Below are positions 29,065 through 39,123 of a stretch of DNA of 64,000 bases, piece by piece (position 1 is the stretch's first letter; every line of letters begins with the position of its first letter). Origin of the DNA: Paracoccaceae bacterium (GTDB lineage: Bacteria > Pseudomonadota > Alphaproteobacteria > MPNO01 > UBA830); contig JBLIMV010000006.1 of NCBI GenBank assembly GCA_047638395.1, positions 58,683 through 122,682 on the forward strand. The letters run 5' to 3'. Both the position numbers and the translations under genes were made by a program. Below the pieces are notes generated by a model. It was not told the origin of the DNA. It saw only the letters and a program-made list of their open reading frames with translations, and searched no databases.

Positions 29065-30975
29065 ATGTGCGGTATCGCAGGCTTCATTCACCCGGAGGCA
29101 GGCCGGTTCAGGCCACAGCTTGAGGCCATGCTGGGCCGGACCCGCCACCGCGGCCGCGACGACAGCGGCATATGGCATGGCAGCTCGTGCCTCCTGGGCC
29201 ATAACCGTCTGTCCATCATCGATCTGTCAGACGCCGGCCATCAGCCAATGGGGAACGAGGACGGCTCCATTCAGGTCATCCTGAATGGCGAGATATACAA
29301 TTACCGTGAGCTTCGCACCGAATTGCAGGCGAAGGGACACCGGTTCCGCAGCGATTCCGACACCGAAGTCCTGCCGCATCTATACGAGGAATACGGACCC
29401 GGGTTCGTTTCCCATCTACGCGGCATGTTTGCCATTGCCCTGTGGGACATGCCGAACAGAAAGCTCATCCTGGCGCGCGACCGCGCCGGCAAGAAGCCGC
29501 TTTTCTACGCCCGCATCAAGGGCGGGCTCGTATTCGCCTCGGAAATGAAAGCATTCTTCGGATTGCCGGAGGTCGATTTTTCGGTAAACGAACAGGCTGT
29601 CCACGATTACCTCACCTTTGGTGTCGTCCCGGGCGAAACCACCGTGTATCAGGGTATCTCTCGCGTCCCACCGGCCAATGTCATGACAATCGGCGAAACC
29701 GGGGCAATTTCCACAGAGACATATTGGACACCCGATTTCGCCGAGAAAAGAGATATCGGATTTGACGATGCCGTAGACCTGGTCGAGGAAACGCTCCGCG
29801 AAGCCGTCAAAATTCGGCTGCGCAGCGACGTGCCACTGGGGTGCTTCCTGTCGGGTGGGATAGATTCCGGGCTGATCTGTGCGCTGGCCGCCAAGGAACT
29901 CGACCGTCCTCTAAAAACATTCTCTATCGGTTTCGCTGATCAGGGATTCGATGAGCGCCCCTTGGCAAAACTTGTCGCCGATCAATACGAAACCGATCAC
30001 CGCGACTTCGTGCTGGAATCCAACATCGCGGACGTGGAGCGGATTATCTCGCATTATGACGAGCCCTATTCCGACGCCTCGGCCCTGCCCTCCTTCGCCG
30101 TCACGCAAATGGCCGCAGAAGATGTCAGCGTTGTGCTGAATGGCGATGGTGGCGACGAGATATTTGCCGGCTATCGCCATTTTATTGCGGCGCGATCAGC
30201 AGATCGGCTGGACCAGGCGCTGACCCCCGGCCTGAAGCGCCTCATGGCCCAGATCACGGAACGGCTGCCGGCACCCCGCAGGGGGCGCACGCCATACCAG
30301 TTTCTCCATCGTTTCCTCCGCGTTGCCGCCCAGGAACCGGCGGAACGATTTGTTGCCCTGACAAGCGACCGGCTGAGCGAAGCGGACAAGGCGTCGCTTT
30401 ATGGCGATGACACAGCGTTCGCACCGTCGGTGCGTTGGGCGGGAGACGTGGACACCGACGGGCTCGGCCCCGTCGACGCGATGCTCAAGCGCGATTTCCA
30501 CCGGCTGCTCGGCGATGATCACCTGGTAAAAATGGATATGGCCTCCATGGCCTGGACGCTCGAAGCGCGATCGCCGTTTCTCGACCATGGACTGATCGAT
30601 CTCGCGGCATCCCTGCCCGAAGACATCAAGCTCGGTGGCAACAAAACCAAGCCATTATTGCGCGCGCTCGCCGCGCGACATCTGCCGGATGCCGTCGTTA
30701 ATGCGCCGAAACGCGGCTTCGAAATTCCGCTTCTGCGGTGGATGAGCCAGGACCTGAACGCCATGTTGCGCGAGCGCGTACTCGATCCGTCTTCGTACTG
30801 CATGACCCGGTTTAACGGCCGGGCAGTGGAGGCGCTTCTGAATGGCGACGGCTGGGACCGCAAGCGCTGGGCCGCGTGTGTCTGGGGGCTTCTCTGCCTT
30901 GAAATATGGTGGGAAAATTACCGCAATTCGGTTGTGCCGGCGGCCATCCAGGCAACGTCTTCGCAGGCCGCCTAG
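29065..30975 (+). CDS. asnB: Asparagine synthetase-like glutamine amidotransferase (glycan amidation)
   Basis: MCGIAG, HRGRD, RLSIID, NGEIYN, LSGGIDS, GDGGDE, EARSPFLD, KRGF. Confidence 0.93.
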   Translation: MCGIAGFIHPEAGRFRPQLEAMLGRTRHRGRDDSGIWHGSSCLLGHNRLSIIDLSDAGHQPMGNEDGSIQVILNGEIYNYRELRTELQAKGHRFRSDSDTEVLPHLYEEYGPGFVSHLRGMFAIALWDMPNRKLILARDRAGKKPLFYARIKGGLVFASEMKAFFGLPEVDFSVNEQAVHDYLTFGVVPGETTVYQGISRVPPANVMTIGETGAISTETYWTPDFAEKRDIGFDDAVDLVEETLREAVKIRLRSDVPLGCFLSGGIDSGLICALAAKELDRPLKTFSIGFADQGFDERPLAKLVADQYETDHRDFVLESNIADVERIISHYDEPYSDASALPSFAVTQMAAEDVSVVLNGDGGDEIFAGYRHFIAARSADRLDQALTPGLKRLMAQITERLPAPRRGRTPYQFLHRFLRVAAQEPAERFVALTSDRLSEADKASLYGDDTAFAPSVRWAGDVDTDGLGPVDAMLKRDFHRLLGDDHLVKMDMASMAWTLEARSPFLDHGLIDLAASLPEDIKLGGNKTKPLLRALAARHLPDAVVNAPKRGFEIPLLRWMSQDLNAMLRERVLDPSSYCMTRFNGRAVEALLNGDGWDRKRWAACVWGLLCLEIWWENYRNSVVPAAIQATSSQAA

Positions 30976-30992
30976 CCACAAAGCGTTCTGTT

Positions 30993-31007
30993 TCAAGGGT
31001 TTATTAA
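30993..31007. promoter_or_regulatory. CtrA-like box (1 mismatch)
   Basis: tcaa-gggttta-ttaa(c) upstream of degT; additional GTTAAC half-site nearby. Confidence 0.45.
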
Positions 31008-31057
31008 CCGCGCCGGGTTAACCTAAATGAACCTGAAAAAACAGCGAATTAATAGCG

Positions 31058-32179
31058 ATGACCACCGCCCAGTCGATCCCGTTTTTTAACTATCCCGCCC
31101 TTTTCAAAAAAGACGAAAGCAAGATGATGGAACTGCTCCGGGACGTATTGTCCCGCGGCGCCTTCATCCTGCAGAGAGACCTCACCGAGTTCGAGGATGC
31201 GCTGAAGGAATACCTCGGCGTCAAATATGTCTATGGCGTCGCCGACGGCACCAACGCGATGATCCTGGGCTTGCGGGCAATGGGCATCGGCGAAGGCGAC
31301 GAGGTTATCGTGCCATCGCACACATACATCGCGACCGCTGCTGCCGTACATTTCGTCGGCGCCACGCCTGTTCTGGCCGATATGAGCCCCGATCACATGA
31401 TCGATCCGGCATCGATCGAGCGGAAAATTACCGAGCGCACGGCTGCCATCATGCCGGTTCAGCTGAACGGGCGAACCTGTGACATGGATGCGATTCAGGC
31501 AATCGTCGACAAACATAATTTGCGCCTGTGCGAAGATGCGGCCCAGGCACTTGGATCGAGCTTCAAGGGCAAATGTGCCGGCACGTTCGGCGAGTTTGGC
31601 AGTTTCTCGTTTTATCCCGCGAAGGTTCTCGGCAGCTTCGGAGACGGCGGTGCCGTGGTATCCGACGACGACGAGATCGGCCGCAAGCTTGGCCTGTTGC
31701 GCGATCACGGCCGGGACGAAGACGGCAATGTTGTTGACTGGGGCACGAACTCGCGCCTCGACAACGTGCAGGCCGCCGTTCTGAACTACAAGTTCGGCAC
31801 CTACGATCAGGACATCGAACGCCGCCGCGATATCGCGCGCATGTATCACGAACGGCTGAGTGGCCTCAACGACATTACGTTGCCGCCGTCACCCGATGCA
31901 GACCCACGTCATTTCGATGTCTATCAGAACTACGAAATCGAATCCGGCAGCCGCGAGGCTCTGCGCGCTTACATGTCCGACAGCGATATCGGCACGCTGA
32001 TCCAGTGGGGCGGTACACCGGTCCATACCTTTAGTGAACTCGGTTTCAACGAAAGCCTGCCCGCCACCGAAAAATTCTTCGAACGCTGCTTCATGCTGCC
32101 GATGCATACCGCCCTTTCCGACGAGGATGTCGAGCGGATCTGTAGCGTCATCCACGAATTTTACCGCACGCAGGTCTAA
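31058..32179 (+). CDS. DegT/DnrJ/EryC1/StrS PLP aminotransferase
   Basis: IGEGDEVIVP, EDAAQALG, FSFYPAKVLG...DGGA, NSRLD. Confidence 0.95.
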   Translation: MTTAQSIPFFNYPALFKKDESKMMELLRDVLSRGAFILQRDLTEFEDALKEYLGVKYVYGVADGTNAMILGLRAMGIGEGDEVIVPSHTYIATAAAVHFVGATPVLADMSPDHMIDPASIERKITERTAAIMPVQLNGRTCDMDAIQAIVDKHNLRLCEDAAQALGSSFKGKCAGTFGEFGSFSFYPAKVLGSFGDGGAVVSDDDEIGRKLGLLRDHGRDEDGNVVDWGTNSRLDNVQAAVLNYKFGTYDQDIERRRDIARMYHERLSGLNDITLPPSPDADPRHFDVYQNYEIESGSREALRAYMSDSDIGTLIQWGGTPVHTFSELGFNESLPATEKFFERCFMLPMHTALSDEDVERICSVIHEFYRTQV

Positions 32180-32182
32180 CTC

Positions 32183-33424
32183 ATGAGCTCGGACAACACC
32201 GCCCGCCGCAAGGATTCCCCGGCTTCTCGCCGGACAGGACCGCTGGACACCTCTGTGCCAGCCATGGACCCGGACCTACAGCATGAGATAGGCGATGTCC
32301 GCGATATTATCGGTCGGCTGCAGAACGTCGCAGAGTCGGGATTTTTTGGCCCCGATGAAGCGGTAAAAGCGTCGCCGGCAACCCCGACAACGCTGGACAA
32401 TCTTGCCGACCCGCGACAGTACACGGACGCGCTTGATCTTGGCATCTGGTCGGCAGAAGACACCCGCAAGTTCCTGCGCATGCAAATTCTGATCCGCAGT
32501 GTTGAAGACCGCCTCGGCAAAATGGTCGAGGCCGGCGATATTGTCTGCCCCGTCCACCTCGCGATCGGACAGGAGGCACCACCGACCGGCATTGCGCACT
32601 GGCTTACCGCAGATGACCGCGTCTTCGGCGCGCATCGCAGCCATGGCCATTATTTGTCTCTGGGCGGTAACGTGTATCAGCTTTTTGCAGAGGTTCTGGG
32701 CCGCGCCGACGGGTGTTCCCGCGGTATGGGCGGCTCCATGCATCTGTATGCCCCCGAGGTCGGCTTCCAGGGTTCAGTCCCGATTGTCGCCGCGACGGTT
32801 CCGGTAGCGGTTGGCGCCGCCATGGCGGCGAAAATGTCTGGCAGCCCGCATGTCGCCGTTGCCTATTTCGGCGATGGTGCCGTCGAAGAAGGCGGCGTGC
32901 ATGAATCCCTGAACCTTGCCGCGCAGATGAAACTGCCGGTGCTGTTTGTCTGCGAAAACAATCTTTACGCCAGCCATATGGATATCGCGCAACGACAGCC
33001 GAACGATCGCACTGCGCGCATCGCAGAAGCCCATTCGGTCGCCACGTCGGTTATCGACGGCAATGATGTTATCGCGGTTGCCGAAGCGGCGGGAGATCTT
33101 ATTCATAACGCGCGCTGCGGCAACGGCCCCGGTTATCTTGAAGCCGTGACCTATCGCTGGCGCGGTCATGTCGGCCCGGACGAGAATATCGATGTCGGCC
33201 TGCGACGGTCGCCTGAGGAACTGGCAGCCTGGAAACAGCGCGACCCGGTCAGGCGTCTGCAAACCGCAATGACGGATCGCGGCGACATTGCCGCCGACGA
33301 AGCCGAGGCGATCACCGCCGAAATCGACGCGGTCGTCGATGAAGCGGCCACACGCGCATACGATGCGCCCTGGCCGGAGCAGGACGCCCTGCTCGAATAC
33401 GTCTACGTGAACAATCAGGACTAA
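32183..33424 (+). CDS. ThDP-dependent dehydrogenase E1 alpha subunit (PDH/acetoin type)
   Basis: HLAIGQEA, HRSHGH, GMGGSMH, YFGDGA..EG..HESLN, CENN, TYRWRGHVG. Confidence 0.92.
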   Translation: MSSDNTARRKDSPASRRTGPLDTSVPAMDPDLQHEIGDVRDIIGRLQNVAESGFFGPDEAVKASPATPTTLDNLADPRQYTDALDLGIWSAEDTRKFLRMQILIRSVEDRLGKMVEAGDIVCPVHLAIGQEAPPTGIAHWLTADDRVFGAHRSHGHYLSLGGNVYQLFAEVLGRADGCSRGMGGSMHLYAPEVGFQGSVPIVAATVPVAVGAAMAAKMSGSPHVAVAYFGDGAVEEGGVHESLNLAAQMKLPVLFVCENNLYASHMDIAQRQPNDRTARIAEAHSVATSVIDGNDVIAVAEAAGDLIHNARCGNGPGYLEAVTYRWRGHVGPDENIDVGLRRSPEELAAWKQRDPVRRLQTAMTDRGDIAADEAEAITAEIDAVVDEAATRAYDAPWPEQDALLEYVYVNNQD

Positions 33425-33427
33425 CCA

Positions 33428-34444
33428 ATGGATGGGTCGATCCTCGCGGCACAGGCCGCGAACCGCACATGGAACTACGGCGATGCCGTACGCGAAGGTT
33501 TTCGCCACCTGCTTGCCGAGCATGCAGAGGTCTTTGCCATCGGCCAGGGGCTCTGGAGCCCGTGGTATGTCGGCAGTTCGATGACCGATCTAGACCACGA
33601 GTTCGGAACCGAGCGGATCATCGACACACCGGTCTCGGAGAACGCCTGCACCGGTGCCGCCGTCGGCGCATCGCTGTTCGGATACCGGCCGATCGTCATC
33701 CACCCGCGCATGGATTTCATGCTGCTTGCGACCGATCAGATCGTGAACCAGGCATCTAAATGGGCGCATATGCTGGGCGGACAGACGAGTCCAGCTGTCA
33801 CTTTTCGGGCCATCATCAACCGCGGCGGCGAACAGGGTGCCCAGCATTCGCAGGCGCTTCATTCCTGGTATGCCCATATTCCCGGACTTCGTGTTGTCAT
33901 GCCCGCGACCCCTGCCGATGCACGCGACCTGCTGATTGCGAGCGTGCTGTGCGATCAACCGGTTCTGTATATCGACAATCGCTGGCTCTACGACCGCGAG
34001 GCCGAATTACCACCGTCCAGGGATATAGACCTGGCAGGCCAAGGGCCGCAAATTCTGCGTGCCGGCGGCGACGTGACGCTGGTGGGATCAGGCTACGCGA
34101 CCTGGCTGTGCGAACAGGCCGCCGAAGCACTCGGCAAAGAGGATATCCAATGCGAGGTGATCGATCTTCGCGTGCTGAACCCGTTCGACGGCGAGATGAT
34201 CGCCGAGTCTGTCGAGCGCACCGGTCGCCTGATCGCCGTTGACGACGGCTGGAGCACCTGTGGGCTGGCTGCAGAAATCATCGCGTCAGCCAGCGAGCGC
34301 GTGCGTCCGGCATCGATGAAGGCTCGCCCCGTGCGCATCACCCTGCCGGATGCCCCGGCACCGACCAGCCGCGTGCTCGAAGACAGCTATTACCCGACGA
34401 CGGAGACAGTCATTTCCGCCATCAGGGGCGCGCTGAGCGACTAA
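33428..34444 (+). CDS. ThDP-dependent dehydrogenase E1 beta subunit
   Basis: FGTERIIDTPVSE, DQIVNQA, GAQHSQ, IPGLRVVMP, EVIDLR. Confidence 0.92.
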   Translation: MDGSILAAQAANRTWNYGDAVREGFRHLLAEHAEVFAIGQGLWSPWYVGSSMTDLDHEFGTERIIDTPVSENACTGAAVGASLFGYRPIVIHPRMDFMLLATDQIVNQASKWAHMLGGQTSPAVTFRAIINRGGEQGAQHSQALHSWYAHIPGLRVVMPATPADARDLLIASVLCDQPVLYIDNRWLYDREAELPPSRDIDLAGQGPQILRAGGDVTLVGSGYATWLCEQAAEALGKEDIQCEVIDLRVLNPFDGEMIAESVERTGRLIAVDDGWSTCGLAAEIIASASERVRPASMKARPVRITLPDAPAPTSRVLEDSYYPTTETVISAIRGALSD

Positions 34445-34637
34445 AGGGACCGCATCCCGGCAACCCTTGCCCTGTAAAGTCCCTCGGTTTCCGCCAAGCG
34501 GCAGAACCTGCCGGGAACACCGATCCGCTCCCAAACCACCCATAATTTTCTCAATAAATACAACGACTTAGAAACAGATAAACTGGCCCGATTCTTGCAA
34601 ATGATTCCGACGAACTTCCTTGGCGGATTGTCAGAAT

Positions 34638-35381
34638 ATGGTCAAACGTTTTATCGATTTCTTCTCTTCGGCGCTGGGGCTTATCGCGGTGTCGCCCATC
34701 ATGCTGCCGGTCATGCTGCTTGTCTGGCTACAGGATCGGCATTCGCCGTTTTACGTCGCCGACCGGGTCGGCTATCGCGGGAAGAACTTCCGCATGGTCA
34801 AGCTGCGCTCGATGGTGATCAACGCTGATAAATCGGGGGTCGATTCAACCTCGGCAAACGACATGCGGATCACCGCAATTGGCCATTTCATTAGACGCTT
34901 CAAACTCGACGAACTGAGCCAGCTTTGGAATGTGATGATCGGCGATATGAGCCTTGTCGGCCCGCGCCCCAACGTGGCCAGCGAGGTCGACCGTTATACC
35001 GACGAAGAGCGTGGACTGCTCGAAGCGAAGCCGGGCGTTACCGATATCTCGTCGATCATCTTTTCAGATGAAGGCGACATCCTGCGCGACAGCGAGGATC
35101 CGGATCTTGATTACAACCGCCTTATCCGCCCGTGGAAAAGCCGGACCGGATTGTTCTATATCGAAAAGCAGGGCCTCGCCCTCGATCTCGCGCTGATCGG
35201 CCTGACGATTGTCGCCATTATCTCAAAACGGCGGGCGTTGTCGATTCTGTCGGCAATCCTGGAGCGGCTCGATGCGCCCGACGAACTCATCGCCGTGGCG
35301 GCAAGAGAACAGGACCTCACGCCGCATGCACCGCCTGGCGCCGACCGCCCTGTGGTCGCCGCCGACCTCGGCCACGGCTAA
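34638..35381 (+). CDS. Small monotopic phosphoglycosyltransferase (initiating sugar transferase)
   Basis: KRFIDF, KLRSM, RITAIGHFIRRFKLDELSQLWNV..GDMSLVGPRP, KPGVT. Confidence 0.92.
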   Translation: MVKRFIDFFSSALGLIAVSPIMLPVMLLVWLQDRHSPFYVADRVGYRGKNFRMVKLRSMVINADKSGVDSTSANDMRITAIGHFIRRFKLDELSQLWNVMIGDMSLVGPRPNVASEVDRYTDEERGLLEAKPGVTDISSIIFSDEGDILRDSEDPDLDYNRLIRPWKSRTGLFYIEKQGLALDLALIGLTIVAIISKRRALSILSAILERLDAPDELIAVAAREQDLTPHAPPGADRPVVAADLGHG

Positions 35382-35481
35382 AAATATACCAACGTACTGC
35401 TATTGAAGGTTGGCTCCCCCCGCGGCCTTCATGCAGTTCGACGCGCCGGCCACGCATATGCGTGTGCCGGCGCTCTTTATT

Positions 35482-36543
35482 TCAGGCAATCGGCTGAACA
35501 ATGCCGCGCCTGCGCGCGATGGTGATGATGACCGTCGCATAGACAATCTGAAACCCGAGGAAAGGCAGGAAGACCAGCATCCGGCTGTCAGGACCGTAGC
35601 CAATCAGCACCAGCGCACCGATACCCTGCGCAACCGTAACGCAGATATGGAAAAGGCTGACCTGGACATGGCTCCACCCGATCTGATTGAGCAATTGATA
35701 GAGATGCGTCCGGTGGGCCTGGGTCACGTCTTCGCCCCGCATCGCGCGCCGGCAGAACGTGAATATCGTGTCGAAGATAAAATTGAAGAACAGCAGCGGA
35801 ACCACAAGGAAAGATGTCCTGGACGCGTCGATCTCCGCCGCAATTACAGCAAGGGCAGCGAAACTGAACCCGATAAACTGGCTTCCGACATCCCCCATGA
35901 ACAAGCGCGCACGGGGAAAATTGAACACCAGAAACCCAGCTGCACCGGCGGCCATGATGTAGCAAAATATGTATACGAAGAACGATCCCTCGATGAACGT
36001 CACCGCACACAGGAAAGTGGCGACCGTTACCGCCGTACCGCCGGCAAGCCCGTTCAGTCCGTCCATGAAATTGAACATGTTGGTCAGGGCGACGACCCAC
36101 AGCACGGTCAGCGGATAGCCGAGCCAGCCAAGATCAATCGCACCGATTCCCGGTAACGAGACTCTGCTGAAGACGATCCCGAATGCGAGAAGCACCAGCG
36201 ATGCGGCAATCTGAGCCCCGAGCTTGATCTTAAAAGTCTTCAGGCGTTTCAGGTCATCGAGAAACCCGACAAGCGCTATCCCCAGAGCGGAAATTGCAAA
36301 CCCGAAAAGGTGCAAAGTTGATAGTCGCGCCTGATCGCTCACAGCCCATACAATGGCAAACCCGATCGCGAACGTCGCGACGATCGCGATCCCGCCGGTT
36401 GAGGGCGTTGGCCGGGCATGGCTGGACCGGTGATTTGGTTCATCAAGGATACCAAGCCGGACAACCAGATAGGTCGCAGCAACGGACGCGCAGAATAACG
36501 CGATCGCAAACAGAATATGACTGGCAAGAACCGGGATTGTCAT
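35482..36543 (-). CDS. WecA/MraY-family undecaprenyl-P HexNAc-1-P transferase
   Basis: DEPNHRSSHARPTPSTGG, GFLDD, NMFNFMDGLNGL, FNFPRARLFMGDVGS, AHRTHLYQ. Confidence 0.92.
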   Translation of the reverse strand: MTIPVLASHILFAIALFCASVAATYLVVRLGILDEPNHRSSHARPTPSTGGIAIVATFAIGFAIVWAVSDQARLSTLHLFGFAISALGIALVGFLDDLKRLKTFKIKLGAQIAASLVLLAFGIVFSRVSLPGIGAIDLGWLGYPLTVLWVVALTNMFNFMDGLNGLAGGTAVTVATFLCAVTFIEGSFFVYIFCYIMAAGAAGFLVFNFPRARLFMGDVGSQFIGFSFAALAVIAAEIDASRTSFLVVPLLFFNFIFDTIFTFCRRAMRGEDVTQAHRTHLYQLLNQIGWSHVQVSLFHICVTVAQGIGALVLIGYGPDSRMLVFLPFLGFQIVYATVIITIARRRGIVQPIA

Positions 36544-36657
36544 GGCGCCGGCATCATAGTCGAAGAACGCGGCGAATCGCGCAGATCCGCCCCGGATGGG
36601 TGAAATTTCGCGACGTGTGAGACAAACAACACGAAACACCTTCACGGTTCATTTACG

Positions 36658-36710
36658 TTAACGAATTATAAACCGTCAGACGTCTTAATGAGTTGTCAGT
36701 AATTAAGACG
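36658..36710. promoter_or_regulatory. CtrA-like box plus 9-bp inverted repeat in divergent promoter region
   Basis: ttaa-cgaatta-taaa (36658-36672); cgtcttaat...attaagacg (36681-36710). Confidence 0.45.
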
Positions 36711-36723
36711 AGATGGGTCGATC

Positions 36724-37563
36724 ATGCGTGATTTGGGTGTCCTTAAAGAACGAATTGAGTATGCCGAAAGGCATTTATCCGCGTCGCATAGTGCCAGAGA
36801 GCGCGAAAGTCAGGCGCTTATGGCGATGTGGCGTCAGATTCGCGACCGATTTGAGGCACAGGAGCAGGAAATCACGCGTTACAGGGCCCAGCTCGCCGAA
36901 ATGACCAATCTTAACGATGAGCTTTCGTCACTCGTTGACCGGCTCATCCAATCGGTCGAAGGCGGCGTTGCGGATAGCGAAAACGAAACTGTCCCGGAGA
37001 TCGCCCGACTGGCCGATGATCTGCTGCAATCGCAGCCTGCTTCCAGGCCGACTTCAGGCCAGAACGCAGGCCCGGCTGCAAGTCTGACCCCACCCCGCGC
37101 GCCCATGCCGCCGCCCGCAAGCAAGCCCGCCGTTGCGCGTGAGCCAGCGGTACGCATCCCGGAACCCGAAGAAATTCTGGAGCTGGACACCCCGGCCGAT
37201 CCGCCATTTGCCACAGCAACCGACACTGCTGAAAACGCCCCCGACACCAGCTTCGGCGCGAGCCTGGAAGCAGCACTCGCCGAGAGTATTGATGACGATG
37301 ACGACCTGTCGATCCCTCAGTCGACACCCGTTGCAGAAGCATCCGCCAGCGAAGGAATTCGTGACCTGATCTCGCGGATTGAGAATGCGGTAGCGACCCC
37401 AGCGGACGAGTTGGCAGCATCGGATCCGGCACAGGCGGACCGGGCAAGCGCGGACACGGCTCCTGATGAAGAAGACGAAGATCTCGCCCGTGAATTGCTG
37501 GAAATCGAAGCACTGCGCAATGAACTGAACGGTCTGCGGAACAAAATCTCGGCAGGCAATTAA
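36724..37563 (+). CDS. Hypothetical protein: coiled coil, Pro/acidic disordered region, C-terminal helix
   Basis: N-terminal heptads, PPRAPMPPP and DDDDD segments, C-terminal LARELLEIEALRNELNGLRNKI. Confidence 0.75.
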   Translation: MRDLGVLKERIEYAERHLSASHSARERESQALMAMWRQIRDRFEAQEQEITRYRAQLAEMTNLNDELSSLVDRLIQSVEGGVADSENETVPEIARLADDLLQSQPASRPTSGQNAGPAASLTPPRAPMPPPASKPAVAREPAVRIPEPEEILELDTPADPPFATATDTAENAPDTSFGASLEAALAESIDDDDDLSIPQSTPVAEASASEGIRDLISRIENAVATPADELAASDPAQADRASADTAPDEEDEDLARELLEIEALRNELNGLRNKISAGN

Positions 37564-37625
37564 CCTCCGGCGCGAGATAGCCCGGCGCCTTCTTATGCCG
37601 GGACCCTACGGATCGGGATAGGCCG

Positions 37626-39038
37626 GTGAAGAGCCCAGACATCCACCAAAGACCGGTTTTCGCTGCTCTGGCGATCGGTCTGACGATAATGCCGCTCGCG
37701 TTCGGCGGGACGACGGCCTGGTTCACAAACCTGTTCGCCGTATATATCGGCATTATTGCAGCGATCTGGTCGATAGCAGAGACGACCGGACCCACGCCTC
37801 TTCCCTCAGATACACGCCCCATACTGGTCCCAACGGCACTGGTGAGCATCGCAGTATTGTGGTGCTTCGCCCAGGCATGGCTCTCGGCACCTCCCGGCAT
37901 CGCCCATAGCGCATGGTCCGAAGCAACGAGCCTGCTCGGCACGCCAGCCCTTCACCCAGCGATATCCGTCAATCCGGAAGCATCGGTCGCCGGTGCAGTC
38001 CGCCTGACCGGCTACGGTCTTGTGTTTATGCTGTGCTATCAATTTGCCGCTGTTGAACGCCGCGCAGCCCGGCTGCTTGCGCTGATTACCGCGGCCGGCT
38101 CGGCATTCGCCCTGTACGGTATCGGCCTCGAGCTCAGTGGAAGCGGCTACGTGCTGTGGTACGAACGCGACTTCGAACCCGGGAACCTGTCATCGACCTT
38201 CCCCAACCGAAATGCCTTCGCCGACTATGCCGCGCTATGCCTGATATGCGGTTGCGCCCTTTTATATCGTCGAACACTGAGGCATGAAGATCTGTCGCGC
38301 GGATGGCAGCGCGCAACCGTCGCGGTGTCTCTGTTTTATCTGCGTCGCAATGGCTGGCTGATATATGCCTCGGCCATCCTGTTTGCGGCTATCCTGATGA
38401 CCCATTCCCGAGGCGGTCTGATCGTCGCCGTCGTGGCGTTGATCGCGTTTGCCGCCTGTGCGGCAGGCAGTGCGCTAAACCGGCGACCCTCCCTGATCGG
38501 CGCGATTGGGATTGCCGTCAGCGCCGGCACCCTCTTTGGCATTGCCGGCGGCGACACATCGGACCGCTTCGCCAAGATTGAAGCCGCTTCGTTCGAACGC
38601 ATCGAAATATTCCGGCTCACGGTCGACGCGATCGGAGACCGCCCCGTGCTGGGCACAGGCCTTGGCACGTTCTCCGATATCTTTGCGGCGTACCGGACAG
38701 AGGCACTGCTTCCTCAAATCGATTTCGCCCATAACAGCTATCTGGAAAACGCCATGGAGATGGGCGTGCCTGCCGCCACTACGTTTTATGCGGGCCTGAT
38801 GGTTCTGTTCATCTTCTTCGCCCGTAGCCTCAGGCATAATCGCCACGCGCACCCGTACCCGGCGCTTGGTATCGCTGCGATGACGGTTGCGTTCTTCCAC
38901 TCGCTCTTCGACTACGCGGATCAATTTCCAGCGGTGGCGATTACGCTCGCAGCGATCCTGGGGATTGCCGCGGCGCAGTCTTTCAAGGTGCAACCGGCAG
39001 GTCCGGCCTTTAGCGGAGATGACAGGCGTCAGGTTTAA
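37626..39038 (+). CDS. O-antigen ligase (WaaL/Wzy_C) family protein
   Basis: STFPNRNAFA, THSRGG, RPVLGTGLGTF, AHNSYLE...EMG, HSLFD. Confidence 0.9.
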   Translation: MKSPDIHQRPVFAALAIGLTIMPLAFGGTTAWFTNLFAVYIGIIAAIWSIAETTGPTPLPSDTRPILVPTALVSIAVLWCFAQAWLSAPPGIAHSAWSEATSLLGTPALHPAISVNPEASVAGAVRLTGYGLVFMLCYQFAAVERRAARLLALITAAGSAFALYGIGLELSGSGYVLWYERDFEPGNLSSTFPNRNAFADYAALCLICGCALLYRRTLRHEDLSRGWQRATVAVSLFYLRRNGWLIYASAILFAAILMTHSRGGLIVAVVALIAFAACAAGSALNRRPSLIGAIGIAVSAGTLFGIAGGDTSDRFAKIEAASFERIEIFRLTVDAIGDRPVLGTGLGTFSDIFAAYRTEALLPQIDFAHNSYLENAMEMGVPAATTFYAGLMVLFIFFARSLRHNRHAHPYPALGIAAMTVAFFHSLFDYADQFPAVAITLAAILGIAAAQSFKVQPAGPAFSGDDRRQV

Positions 39039-39123
39039 AGGCGCCCAAGCAACCACCAGCACCATCGTTGCTGCTCCGACAAACAGGATCCGAGCCAACA
39101 AAAGTCCAGGGTGTGGTTGGATA

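Noticed and set aside
32183-34444. Housekeeping pyruvate dehydrogenase pdhA/pdhB
   Set aside because: No E2/E3 or lipoyl domain, and context is glycan biosynthesis; symbols not assigned.
34545-34580. AT-rich tract resembling an IHF site (atacaacgactta)
   Set aside because: Two mismatches to WATCAANNNNTTR; too weak to call.
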